DNA from: an uncultured Eubacteriales bacterium
Lineage (GTDB): Bacteria; Bacillota; Clostridia; Christensenellales; CAG-138
Length of the DNA stretch: 64,000 bases
NCBI GenBank assembly: GCA_902789675.1
Contig: CADAPG010000001.1
Coordinates: 23,859 to 87,858, forward strand
Reading direction: 5' to 3'
In this document: positions 16,297 to 24,841 of the stretch, piece after piece
Layout: the number at the start of each line of letters is the position of its first letter
Numbering within the stretch: the first letter of the stretch is position 1
The notes under the pieces: model-generated
Database searches by the model: none
What the model saw: only the letters and a program-made list of their open reading frames with translations
Told to the model about the DNA's origin: nothing
Program-made: the position numbers and the translations under genes

Positions 16297-17160
16297 ATGT
16301 CTTATCGGGTAAAGCAGCGCATTTTCTCGGGCGTTGTATGCGAACAAGAGATATTTTCTGTTTCATCTTCTCGTCAAAAGAAAACGCCGAAAAGCTATTC
16401 TATGAAGATCCGCTTTGAAAGCGACGAAGCATATGAACGATACAAAGACGGCGTTCGCCGCAGAAACTTTATCCGGATCATAAATGCAAATTATGATCCG
16501 GAATCGCTGTATATAACGCTTACATTCGACAAGGAAAACGAAGTACATACATTTGAAGAAGCGAGGATGATCAGGGATCTGTACTATCGCCGCTTGAAAT
16601 ATATGTACCCGGATTCTGTACCGTGCTTTGTCATGGGCCGAGGGAAAACTACAAACAGAATACACCTGCACATGATCTCAAAAGGGATCCCGAAAGAGTA
16701 CATCATACAACAATGGACATACGGCAGCATTGTCGACGTTCAGACGCTGCGCGAGCACAATTACTATAACAACATAGATTGCGGTGCTGATTATACGGCA
16801 CTTGCGAATTACTTATATGACCATTGGACGCCAGAGCAGGGCGGACACCATTATAAAATTAGTAAAAATGCCAAAAAGCCGGAAAAGGAAAAGCCGACGC
16901 AGCCGACAAGAGAATACTCGATTGATCATCCGCCGAGACCGCCGAAAGGGTATGTGTACACCGAGGGATATCAAACGGAGTACGGCTATATGCGGTTCAA
17001 ATATGTAAAGATACCGGAACATGACAAGAAGCAGGGTTCGAGAGGAAACCTCTTAAATACACCTTGTATATATGAAAGGTTTTGTGACGATGACGGAGGT
17101 ACCGGAGCGAGGAGATCGATGAAAGATCCTCCGCCGCGCCGCAGATCATCATTACAGTAG
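16297..17160 (+). CDS. HUH-superfamily rolling-circle replication initiator (Rep)-like protein
   Basis: AAAGGAGGAA RBS then ATG 16297. Motif I LYITLTF, motif II RIHLHMI (HUH), W-x-x-G-x-I-V-D-V, motif III candidate Tyr in ALANYLYDH. Lower GC than the flanks. Confidence 0.65.
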   Translation: MSYRVKQRIFSGVVCEQEIFSVSSSRQKKTPKSYSMKIRFESDEAYERYKDGVRRRNFIRIINANYDPESLYITLTFDKENEVHTFEEARMIRDLYYRRLKYMYPDSVPCFVMGRGKTTNRIHLHMISKGIPKEYIIQQWTYGSIVDVQTLREHNYYNNIDCGADYTALANYLYDHWTPEQGGHHYKISKNAKKPEKEKPTQPTREYSIDHPPRPPKGYVYTEGYQTEYGYMRFKYVKIPEHDKKQGSRGNLLNTPCIYERFCDDDGGTGARRSMKDPPPRRRSSLQ

Positions 17161-17169
17161 CCGTAGAGC

Positions 17170-17321
17170 GGTGGACCCCTGTGAGCCGTGTCGGGCAAGT
17201 CACACGGAAACAGGACATGAACAAAGAAACATGACTTGTCCACACCGGTCACAGAGTCCACCAAGAAAATATGTGTCGGGCAGTGTCGGGCAACCCGCAG
17301 GGGTGTCCACACTGTCCACAC
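17170..17321. repeat. Iteron-like repeat array downstream of rep
   Basis: GTGTCGGGCA at 17188-17197, 17273-17282 and 17283-17292 (the last two in tandem). TGTCCACAC at 17237-17245, 17304-17312 and 17313-17321 (the last two in tandem). GGTGGAC 17170-17176 pairs with the inverted GTCCACC 17256-17262. Confidence 0.7.
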
Positions 17322-17351
17322 ACCGATGTAGACGATGAAAGGAGAACGACA

Positions 17352-17570
17352 ATGCTTGAAACAAACTGCCACGATTGCAACTACGCAACGAAGATCAATG
17401 CGGACACTTACCGGTGCAGACGCAAACGGTATGATATTGTACGGAAAACGTGCTTTGTGCAGAGAAAGGAATTGATGGAGAAAGATCGAGAAGCAGATGA
17501 AGTATACAGGAAACTGCATGAGATCAATGAACGAAAGGACGGTACTGACGGTGTACGATCTGATCTATAA
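17352..17570 (+). CDS. Small cysteine-rich (zinc-ribbon-like) protein (72 aa)
   Basis: GAAAGGAGAA RBS then ATG 17352; the ORF-track start 17271 lies inside the iteron array. Cysteine pattern CHDC...C...C. Confidence 0.55.
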   Translation: MLETNCHDCNYATKINADTYRCRRKRYDIVRKTCFVQRKELMEKDREADEVYRKLHEINERKDGTDGVRSDL

Positions 17571-18021
17571 ACACGAAGCGCTCCACGCTGTACTGCACAA
17601 CGAGGGGCAGGCCGCGATCGCGGCGATCGAGAACATCAAGCCGGTTAATCTGATGGATTAACCGGTTGATAAGCTGCTGCTATTTGCGCAAGCATGCAAG
17701 CAACAGGGAGTAAGACCGGAAGATCTGAGGAACGTCGTATCAGATATCACATGGGGCGCGAAGGTAGCATATGCCGCGTATGATAAAGCAATCAAAGAAA
17801 CGCTTTTTCACCAAACTGAAAATGGGGTTAGTGCTGTGTTTACGGTAGATCTTCCGCCGCCGATCAACACGGAAAGGATACCGTTCCAGTTTGACAGCGA
17901 ATTTGAAGTGAAAGTGCCGAAGATACGGACGTCGAGCATTGAGGACATTGATATGCTTGAAGAACTCCGCGAGATCGAAAAACGAGTCAACAGGAGCGAA
18001 AGCCATGACCGCACCGTGTAA
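17497..18021 (+). pseudogene. Single reading frame interrupted by one in-frame TAA (17659-17661): either two small genes or a disrupted/read-through gene
   Basis: Frame 1 is open at 17476-17658 (ATGs at 17497, 17518, 17527) and again at 17662-18021. The second segment looks protein-like for 58 codons with no ATG/GTG/TTG until GTG 17836. Confidence 0.35.
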
Positions 18022-18214
18022 GAACTGCAAGGAGAGAACGCCCGAGTGTCATGGGCTCTGCACGAAATACCAGGCGTACGCTGAAGAGAACGATAAACGG
18101 CGCAAGCAGCGGTATCTACGCAGAGAGGTTGACAACTATACGAACGGAAAAATCATCGAGAACGCGATCCGGCGCACGAAGCGCATGAAATCAAAAAGGA
18201 GACAGCGAAAATGA
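18005..18214 (+). CDS. Small cysteine-rich basic protein (69 aa)
   Basis: ATG 18005 (MTAPCKNCKERTPECHGLC...), overlapping the previous ORF end. Basic tail KRMKSKRRQRK. Confidence 0.5.
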   Translation: MTAPCKNCKERTPECHGLCTKYQAYAEENDKRRKQRYLRREVDNYTNGKIIENAIRRTKRMKSKRRQRK

Positions 18215-18492
18215 TACCGTTATCAATCAAGGATTTGCAAGAGTATGCCATGATGTCGATCGAAGAAAGGCGCAGCGATCGGGGAAGAGAGATCCGGGAA
18301 GAGCTGGAGAAGCGTATGCTATGGATGCCGGAGAGATGGAGGAAGCTGATCAGATACCGGTACATACTTAGGTATACGGCAGTAAAGACGTCGCGTAGTA
18401 TTGGCATATCAGTACGAACCGTAACCACATGGACAAAAGAACTATCCGAATGGCTTGCGGATAAGGACGCATATCTACGGAAGTTGCAATAA
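18211..18492 (+). CDS. Putative late-gene transcriptional activator (sigma-70 region-4 / RinA-ArpU-like HTH)
   Basis: AAAGGAGACAGCGAAA then ATG 18211. YTAVKTSRSIGISVRTVTTW HTH. Last gene before a terminator and the packaging genes. Confidence 0.5.
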   Translation: MIPLSIKDLQEYAMMSIEERRSDRGREIREELEKRMLWMPERWRKLIRYRYILRYTAVKTSRSIGISVRTVTTWTKELSEWLADKDAYLRKLQ

Positions 18493-18510
18493 CGGTTAAA
18501 ATCATAAGAG

Positions 18511-18534
18511 AGCGCAGAAAAACTGCGCTTTTTT
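18511..18534 (+). terminator. Rho-independent terminator at the end of the early/regulatory region
   Basis: AGCGCAG-AAAAA-CTGCGCT followed by TTTTT. The same 21-nt sequence recurs at 37756-37776. Confidence 0.75.
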
Positions 18535-18561
18535 GTTTGCCGGATATGTAACAATATATGC

Positions 18562-18912
18562 ATGGGAAAGGAAGCGACGCAAAAACACGGCGGATTCACG
18601 AGCGAGAATGCAAAGGAAATGCAGCTGAGGTCCGCGGAAAAGAAGAAGCAGAACAAGGCCGAGCGAATGGTCATGCGCGAAGTCGCGTTAAAACGTGTGA
18701 AGATGAAAGACCGGGCGGCTATCTGTGATGCTCTGATCGAGAAGGCAAAAAAAGGAGATGAAAAGGCAACGACGTTGCTTCTGCAGATCATCGGCGAGCT
18801 TCCGGACGCAAAGCAGAGTCTTGACGTCAACATGAACATTATATCGGATGCGGATCGAAAGCTGCTCGATAACGCAGCAAAACGATATGAAAACGCAAGA
18901 GATCCTTCGTAA
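18562..18912 (+). CDS. Putative terminase small subunit
   Basis: 116-aa basic/helical protein directly upstream of, and overlapping, the large terminase. There is no clear RBS at 18562; ATG 18619 is an alternative start. Confidence 0.45.
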   Translation: MGKEATQKHGGFTSENAKEMQLRSAEKKKQNKAERMVMREVALKRVKMKDRAAICDALIEKAKKGDEKATTLLLQIIGELPDAKQSLDVNMNIISDADRKLLDNAAKRYENARDPS

Positions 18913-20356
18913 AGCATGGGAAGATGAAGTCTCGTATTGCAAGGATCATCCGGAATACTTCGTAGATCACTACGGTCATATCGAAGACAAGGACACGCTG
19001 GAGTTCATCCCGTTTCGGATGTGGAAGGAGCAGCGGGAAGCGCTGAAATCCATTCATGCAAACCGGTTGAATTGCGTTATGAAAGCGCGTCAGATCGGTC
19101 TGACATGGCTCGTCCTGCACTATGCAGCGTACGTCATGTTGACGATGCAAGGTAGCACGGTCTTAGCGCTTTCACAGAGAGAGGACGATGCGAAGGTTCT
19201 GATAGTCAGAATTTGCACCATTTTTGAGCAAATGCCCGAGCTTGTGAGGCGGGATGAATGGTACGGCGCGCATCTGGAATCAACAACGGAAAGTGCGACG
19301 CTGACATTTCCAAACGGGCGGATAAGTGAGATCAAAGCGTTCCCTTCGTCACCTAATGCAGGAAGATCGATCACAGCGAACCTCGTCATACTCGACGAGT
19401 GGGCATTTCAGCAATGGGCGGAAGATATCTGGGCGGCGGCATTTCCGACGATCAACAGACCGACGGGCGGAAAGGTGATAGGGCTTTCTACCAACAAACG
19501 CGGATCGCTCTTTGAACAGATTTGGACCAAAGAGGGAAACGACTTCAATAAACTGTTCATCCCGTGGAGCGCGGATCCAAGAAGAGATAAGACGTGGTAC
19601 GAGAAAACAGAACGCGCTATCGGTAAAGAAAAGATGTGGTCCGAATACCCGGCGACGCCGGAAGAGGCATTGACGGTGCCGGGTGGGGCCATGTTCCCGG
19701 AGTTCAAGGACAGTACACACCTGACGGATTACATGCCGGACGGGTATGTATCGCGGTATATCTCGCTGGACTATGGCCTCGATGCGCTTGCGGCTCTATG
19801 GTACGCGGTAGATACGCGAGGAAGGGTAACGGTATACCGGGAACTGTATGTAAGCGGTCTGATCGTTTCGGCGGCAGCACAAGCCATTTTGAAAGCGAAC
19901 AATGGCGAGTATTATGACGCGATCTATGCGCCTCCGGATCTCTGGAACAGGAACCGAGATACGGGGCGCTGCTCCGCGGAGATATTCGCGGAAGCCGGAC
20001 TGCTGCTGACGCAGACAAGCAATGATAGAGAACAGGGATGGCTGGACGTCAAGGAATGGATTAAGCCAACCGAAGAAACGAACGAACAGACAGGAGAGAA
20101 GAAGATGGTCGCGCGCTTGCAGGTGCTACGCGGCGCGGCACCGGAGCTCATGCGGTGCATGAAAGCGATCCAGAAGGACAAAAAGAACCCGAACGACGCG
20201 GCAAAGGATCCGCACGAGCTGACGCATCTCCCGGACAGTTTACGGGCGTTCTGTGCGGGCAGACCGCAGGTGCCGATGATCCCGACTGTGCGGGATCCGT
20301 ACGATCCGAAAACGTACAACGATCAAATCAGCGATTTTATGGCATGGGGGACGTAA
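18887..20356 (+). CDS. terL: Terminase large subunit
   Basis: Start at ATG 18887 (MKTQEILRKAWEDE). Walker A-like KARQIGLTW, Walker B LVILDEW. 489 aa, positioned before the portal. Confidence 0.85.
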   Translation: MKTQEILRKAWEDEVSYCKDHPEYFVDHYGHIEDKDTLEFIPFRMWKEQREALKSIHANRLNCVMKARQIGLTWLVLHYAAYVMLTMQGSTVLALSQREDDAKVLIVRICTIFEQMPELVRRDEWYGAHLESTTESATLTFPNGRISEIKAFPSSPNAGRSITANLVILDEWAFQQWAEDIWAAAFPTINRPTGGKVIGLSTNKRGSLFEQIWTKEGNDFNKLFIPWSADPRRDKTWYEKTERAIGKEKMWSEYPATPEEALTVPGGAMFPEFKDSTHLTDYMPDGYVSRYISLDYGLDALAALWYAVDTRGRVTVYRELYVSGLIVSAAAQAILKANNGEYYDAIYAPPDLWNRNRDTGRCSAEIFAEAGLLLTQTSNDREQGWLDVKEWIKPTEETNEQTGEKKMVARLQVLRGAAPELMRCMKAIQKDKKNPNDAAKDPHELTHLPDSLRAFCAGRPQVPMIPTVRDPYDPKTYNDQISDFMAWGT

Positions 20357-20550
20357 TGGAAACAGTCATAGCAATTCTTTTAGGGATATGCCTTGTGCTG
20401 ACCGTGGAGAACACGATCATACTGCACGCGAAGAAAAAGGAGCATCCGAGGGAAAAGACGAGAGAAGAGGAGCAGCGGGAAGAAGAAGAAAAGGCCGATG
20501 CGGAAAACTGGAAGCGCGTCATGGGCTTTCACGGGAGAGATAAGGAATGA
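20356..20550 (+). CDS. Small membrane protein with Glu-rich tail (64 aa)
   Basis: GGGGGA then ATG 20356, overlapping the terL stop. One TM helix (VIAILLGICLVLTV). Confidence 0.45.
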   Translation: METVIAILLGICLVLTVENTIILHAKKKEHPREKTREEEQREEEEKADAENWKRVMGFHGRDKE

Positions 20551-22244
20551 TTGACCTGTCGAATGCAGACATGATTTGGAAGGCATACGAAGCCGGCCGG
20601 TCCTATAAAGACAAGATCGACCTCTACAAGACCGTAGAGGAAAACGAACGTTTTTATCTCGGCGACCAGTGGCATGGACTTGACGTGCCGAACATCATTC
20701 TGCCTGTCATCAATTATTCGAAGCGTTCGACGTCCATACTCGTCGCGAAGATCTCAGCGGATGACATAGCCGCAAAGATCACACCGTTTTTGACGGATGA
20801 AACGTCCGAAGATACCGCAAAGATGATCGGGCGAGAGCTGGACAAGATCGTTGAGATCCAGTGCATCAAGAAGCTGCTGAAGCGCGGGGTGCGCAATGCC
20901 GCGGTAGACGGTGACGGATGCATTTTTACCTTCTGGGACGCGGAGGCGCCGACCGGTCAGGACGCGAAAGGCATGGTGAAGGCCCAGCTCATCGAAAACA
21001 TCAATGTGTATTTCTCAAATCCGCATACATCGGACGTGCAGGGACAGCAATACATCATCGTTGCGCGGCGTCGGCCCGTAGAGGAAGTCCGAGAGAGAGC
21101 AAAGAAATACGGTGTCAAGAAAGACGACATCGAAGAGATCAAAGCGGACACAGACGAGAACCAGGGCGAAGAGTACGACGACAACACGCTTTGCACGTTA
21201 CTGACCGTACTGTTCAAGAAGAACGGATCGATCCACGCGGTCGAATGCACTGATAAGGTCATCGTCCGCAAAGAATGGAACACCGATCTGAAACGGTATC
21301 CGCTTGCATGGCTTCCGTGGGAGCAGAAACGCTCGAGCATGCACGGCGTCGCGGCATTGACGCACATGATCCCGAACCAGATCGCGATCAATAAGGTGTG
21401 GGCCGGTATCATCCGAACCATGGAGCGTTTCGGATGGCCTACGTTGGTTGTCAATCGAAACTTCATGCAGAAAGACCAAAAGACTGGGAAAACGATATGG
21501 ACAGGTCAGCCGGGCAGCATCATGCAGGTAGAAGGTCCGGTGCAGGACGTCAAGAATATCGCATCATACATCGAAGGCGCTCCGATCAATCCAAGCATCA
21601 CGGCGATCACGGGCGATCTCGCATCGCAGACGCGCGACACGATGGGAACAAACGACGCGACGAGCGGCAACGTACGTCCCGAAAACGCTGCAGCGATCAT
21701 AGCGCTTCAGACAGCCGATACGGTGCCTTTGGAACTGAATCGACAGAACTATACCGACTGGATCGAAGAGCTGTACAGGAACATCGTGGACATGATGGCG
21801 GCTAATTACGGTAAGCGCAAGATCGAATGGGAAGAAACGGATCCCGAGACAGGCAAGCCGACAAACGTCATGAAGAAATACGACTTCGACACGCTCGACT
21901 ATGAGAACCTGCGCATCGGCGTAGACATCGGCACGGCCTCGATGTGGAGCGAGATCACGCAGATGGAGACGATAAATAGCATCTTTACATCCGGCATCAT
22001 GGAAGATCTGCGTAAATTCAAGCTCTATCTCGAAACGATCCCGGAAAAGTACCTGCCGAACAAGGCGAAGCTGCTTGCGTACTGCGAAGAGCAGATGCAG
22101 GTATTTCAGCCGGAGCCGGAGCCGACGCCGACGCCGATCACGGGCAGCGCAGACATATTAAACGATCCATACGGCGAACAGCCGTTTGGAAATACACAAA
22201 TAGCCCCAGCCATAGGGCAGAAAGGATATCAGAATGCTTATTGA
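20547..22244 (+). CDS. Portal protein (SPP1 gp6-like)
   Basis: 565 aa. ERFYLGDQW motif near the N-terminus. Position between terminase and scaffold. Confidence 0.85.
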   Translation: MIDLSNADMIWKAYEAGRSYKDKIDLYKTVEENERFYLGDQWHGLDVPNIILPVINYSKRSTSILVAKISADDIAAKITPFLTDETSEDTAKMIGRELDKIVEIQCIKKLLKRGVRNAAVDGDGCIFTFWDAEAPTGQDAKGMVKAQLIENINVYFSNPHTSDVQGQQYIIVARRRPVEEVRERAKKYGVKKDDIEEIKADTDENQGEEYDDNTLCTLLTVLFKKNGSIHAVECTDKVIVRKEWNTDLKRYPLAWLPWEQKRSSMHGVAALTHMIPNQIAINKVWAGIIRTMERFGWPTLVVNRNFMQKDQKTGKTIWTGQPGSIMQVEGPVQDVKNIASYIEGAPINPSITAITGDLASQTRDTMGTNDATSGNVRPENAAAIIALQTADTVPLELNRQNYTDWIEELYRNIVDMMAANYGKRKIEWEETDPETGKPTNVMKKYDFDTLDYENLRIGVDIGTASMWSEITQMETINSIFTSGIMEDLRKFKLYLETIPEKYLPNKAKLLAYCEEQMQVFQPEPEPTPTPITGSADILNDPYGEQPFGNTQIAPAIGQKGYQNAY

Positions 22245-23019
22245 AAAAGCCAGTCAAGAGCAGGAAGACACGACGTTCGGAGAAGATTTCGACTGGGATG
22301 ATGAGCCCGACGAAGACGAAAATGACGAGCTCGACGAGGACGAAACAGACACCGAAGGTGAGGAAAACGACCACACCGAAGAACAGGAAGATGATGGCTT
22401 GACCGTGAAGTATAACGGTCAGGACAAGCATGTTGCAAAGGACGAGATCCCGGAGCTCGTACAAAAAGGATTGAATTACGATCATATTCATTCTGAGTTG
22501 GAGAGCATGAGAAGCGGCAATATGTACAGGTACATCAAGAAAGCCGCAGACAAGGCGGGAATGTCGCCGGAGCAGTTTGCAAAGGCCATGCAGGACAAGG
22601 AAGACGCGGATATCCTGAGCGCAGAAGAAGCCGCTATCCGAAAAGACCATCCGAACATGGACAACGCCATCATCCGGGAACTTGCCGAAGCGCGCGCAGC
22701 GAAGAAGCTGAACAACGCAAAGGCACAGGAAACGAGCGAACAGGAAAAGGCATGGGCCGAAGCGCTCAAGGAGTATCCGAATCTGACGCGGGACACCATC
22801 CCGAACGAGGTGCTGGAAGCCGTGGCGGGCGGCAAATCGCCGCTCCTCGCTCTGAAGGACAACGAGATTGCGCAGCTCAAAGCCGCGCAGGAAAAAGCCG
22901 CCATCGAAAAAAGAAATCAAAAGAATAAGGAGAAGTCAACGGGGTCTATGACCGGTTACGGGTCCGATGGCGACGAGATGGACGACTTCTTGAAAGGGTT
23001 CACCACAGGACAACGTTGA
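22234..23019 (+). CDS. Scaffolding protein
   Basis: Highly acidic N-terminus (DEPDEDENDELDEDETD) and a long helical/charged body. Lies between portal and capsid. Confidence 0.7.
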   Translation: MLIEKASQEQEDTTFGEDFDWDDEPDEDENDELDEDETDTEGEENDHTEEQEDDGLTVKYNGQDKHVAKDEIPELVQKGLNYDHIHSELESMRSGNMYRYIKKAADKAGMSPEQFAKAMQDKEDADILSAEEAAIRKDHPNMDNAIIRELAEARAAKKLNNAKAQETSEQEKAWAEALKEYPNLTRDTIPNEVLEAVAGGKSPLLALKDNEIAQLKAAQEKAAIEKRNQKNKEKSTGSMTGYGSDGDEMDDFLKGFTTGQR

Positions 23020-23035
23020 CGCGTGAATCAACAGC

Positions 23036-24097
23036 ATGGCAATAAACCTGATGAAAAAGTACGCGAAGCCGATCAGAAAGGCCTACGAGTACGAGAGCAT
23101 TCTCGCCGGTAAGACCAGCGAAGATTTCGACTGGGACGGCGTAAGAGCTATCATTTCCACGAGCATCAAGACTGAACCCCTGCAGAACTATAACCGGAAC
23201 ACAACCGGAAATAGGTTTGGCGAACAGAAAGAGGTTCAGGACGAGCAGCAGCTCATGGAGCTGCAGTGGGATCTCTCCGTACCTCTCACGGTTGACAAGG
23301 GCAATTACAAGGAAGGTATGGAAATGAAGACTGCAGGTGTGCTCGTGCATGACGAGATGAACGAGCAGATCAATCCGCAGGTCGAACAGTTGGCGATGGG
23401 CGAGTGGGCAAAACGTGCCGGTCAGTATCTCACCATCACCGACGACGATGACGGTAGCAAGATCCTCCTCGATCTGATGAAGGTCGAAGCAGCAATGGTC
23501 AACAAGCGTGTTCCGAAAAAGAACCGCTTTGCGGCAGTCGACGCAAATCTCATGCCGTACCTGCGTTCCGCATTGACGAACTGCAACGATATTACCGACA
23601 AGATGATCCTGCAGGGCATCGTCGGTCGTATCGGAACGCTGAACATCCTCGAAGTGCCGCACGGCGACATGCCGAAGAACTGCCATATTCTCGCATGGCA
23701 GAAAAAGTCCGTGTACCTTCCGAAGACGATCATGGATTGCGAACTGCACGACAAGCCGGAGAACTTCAGCGGTCTGCTGGTGAACTTCCGGCACCGTTTC
23801 GGCGCGTTCGTCGAAATGAAATACTGCTGGGGCGTCGTCGCGGTTCTCGCAGCGTCGCAGCAGGCAACGGCGGTCACGCCGTCGACCGCGCGTGTACTCG
23901 ATCTGGAAAGCGGAGATACCGTGTACTACACGCTTGACGGATCCGATCCGCGCTACAGCAAGACGGCGGTCAAGGTCACTTCCGACACCACGATCTCCAG
24001 CACCGACGCGCCTGTCGGTACGGTCATCAAAGCGGTCACCTGGAACACGTCCAAGACCTATCCGTCCGACGTCAAGTCTGCGGTGGTCGCAGCGTAA
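23036..24097 (+). CDS. Major capsid protein with C-terminal Ig-like (chitobiase/hexosaminidase-C-like) extension
   Basis: 353 aa after the scaffold and followed by a strong terminator. The C-terminus DTVYYTLDGSDPRYS...VIKAVTW resembles the module in the host CotH lipoprotein. Confidence 0.7.
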   Translation: MAINLMKKYAKPIRKAYEYESILAGKTSEDFDWDGVRAIISTSIKTEPLQNYNRNTTGNRFGEQKEVQDEQQLMELQWDLSVPLTVDKGNYKEGMEMKTAGVLVHDEMNEQINPQVEQLAMGEWAKRAGQYLTITDDDDGSKILLDLMKVEAAMVNKRVPKKNRFAAVDANLMPYLRSALTNCNDITDKMILQGIVGRIGTLNILEVPHGDMPKNCHILAWQKKSVYLPKTIMDCELHDKPENFSGLLVNFRHRFGAFVEMKYCWGVVAVLAASQQATAVTPSTARVLDLESGDTVYYTLDGSDPRYSKTAVKVTSDTTISSTDAPVGTVIKAVTWNTSKTYPSDVKSAVVAA

Positions 24098-24144
24098 ACA
24101 GATCGCATAACGCCGATTGCGGCGCACCGGTATGCGACGTATAC

Positions 24145-24179
24145 GGGGGAGTATAGAAGACAATACTCCCCCGATTTTT
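24145..24179 (+). terminator. Rho-independent terminator after the capsid gene
   Basis: GGGGGAGTAT-N8-ATACTCCCCC followed by GATTTTT. Confidence 0.75.
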
Positions 24180-24193
24180 GAAAGGAGCACTTT

Positions 24194-24829
24194 ATGAAGA
24201 AAGATTTGACCATTGAAACTGGCATGTGTTATATCCGCGTCGGCAAGCCCGTTGTCGATGGATTTATCAAAGCAAGCGGTTCATGCGTAGTCCTGTTTTC
24301 CGTCCCGTTCGATGGGGACGTCCTTGTGTCTCTGGATGTAAACGGGACGGCGGTTGCCCGAAGAGAACTGTTCAAAATGGTCGAAGGATCCATCGCGGTC
24401 GGGGACTATACTGTTGCATACGCAAACGACGCGGTCACGATCTCGACCACGGAGAATAACGACCTGGTCCATATCCGCATCGAACCGGTCGAGGTTGTTG
24501 TTTCCGATGCGTTACGGGCGGCTGTCAAGCGGGCGATCCATGAGCAGTTAGACGCGCCAAGCGACAACAGGTTCATTGTGACATTCTCTTACGACGAAAC
24601 GACAGAGACATGGATTACGGACAAGACGTTCGATGAGTGTGCGGAAGCATGGACCACAGGAAAGAATCTGTATGCTTGTGAAAGCGGCATTTTCGTACCT
24701 CTTACCTGTGTTACAACCGAGAGTGACGTCGTTACGTATATCGATTTTACGCTTGTAGATCCGGAAACGTCGGCTGTTACCTGCGGGTACGGTATCGACG
24801 CGAGCGGAGCGTACTATTACGGGACGTAA
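24194..24829 (+). CDS. Hypothetical virion-module protein (211 aa)
   Basis: GAAAGGAG RBS, position in the structural module. No motif recognised. Confidence 0.55.
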   Translation: MKKDLTIETGMCYIRVGKPVVDGFIKASGSCVVLFSVPFDGDVLVSLDVNGTAVARRELFKMVEGSIAVGDYTVAYANDAVTISTTENNDLVHIRIEPVEVVVSDALRAAVKRAIHEQLDAPSDNRFIVTFSYDETTETWITDKTFDECAEAWTTGKNLYACESGIFVPLTCVTTESDVVTYIDFTLVDPETSAVTCGYGIDASGAYYYGT

Positions 24830-24841
24830 AGGAAGATACAC

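Noticed and set aside
16033-17160. Treating the 375-aa track ORF as one Dam-Rep fusion protein
   Set aside because: The first 25 codons overlap the end of the upstream gene. Dam similarity ends abruptly, and a strong RBS + ATG at 16297 starts the Rep-like part. I therefore annotated a Dam remnant plus a separate rep, although a fusion product cannot be excluded.
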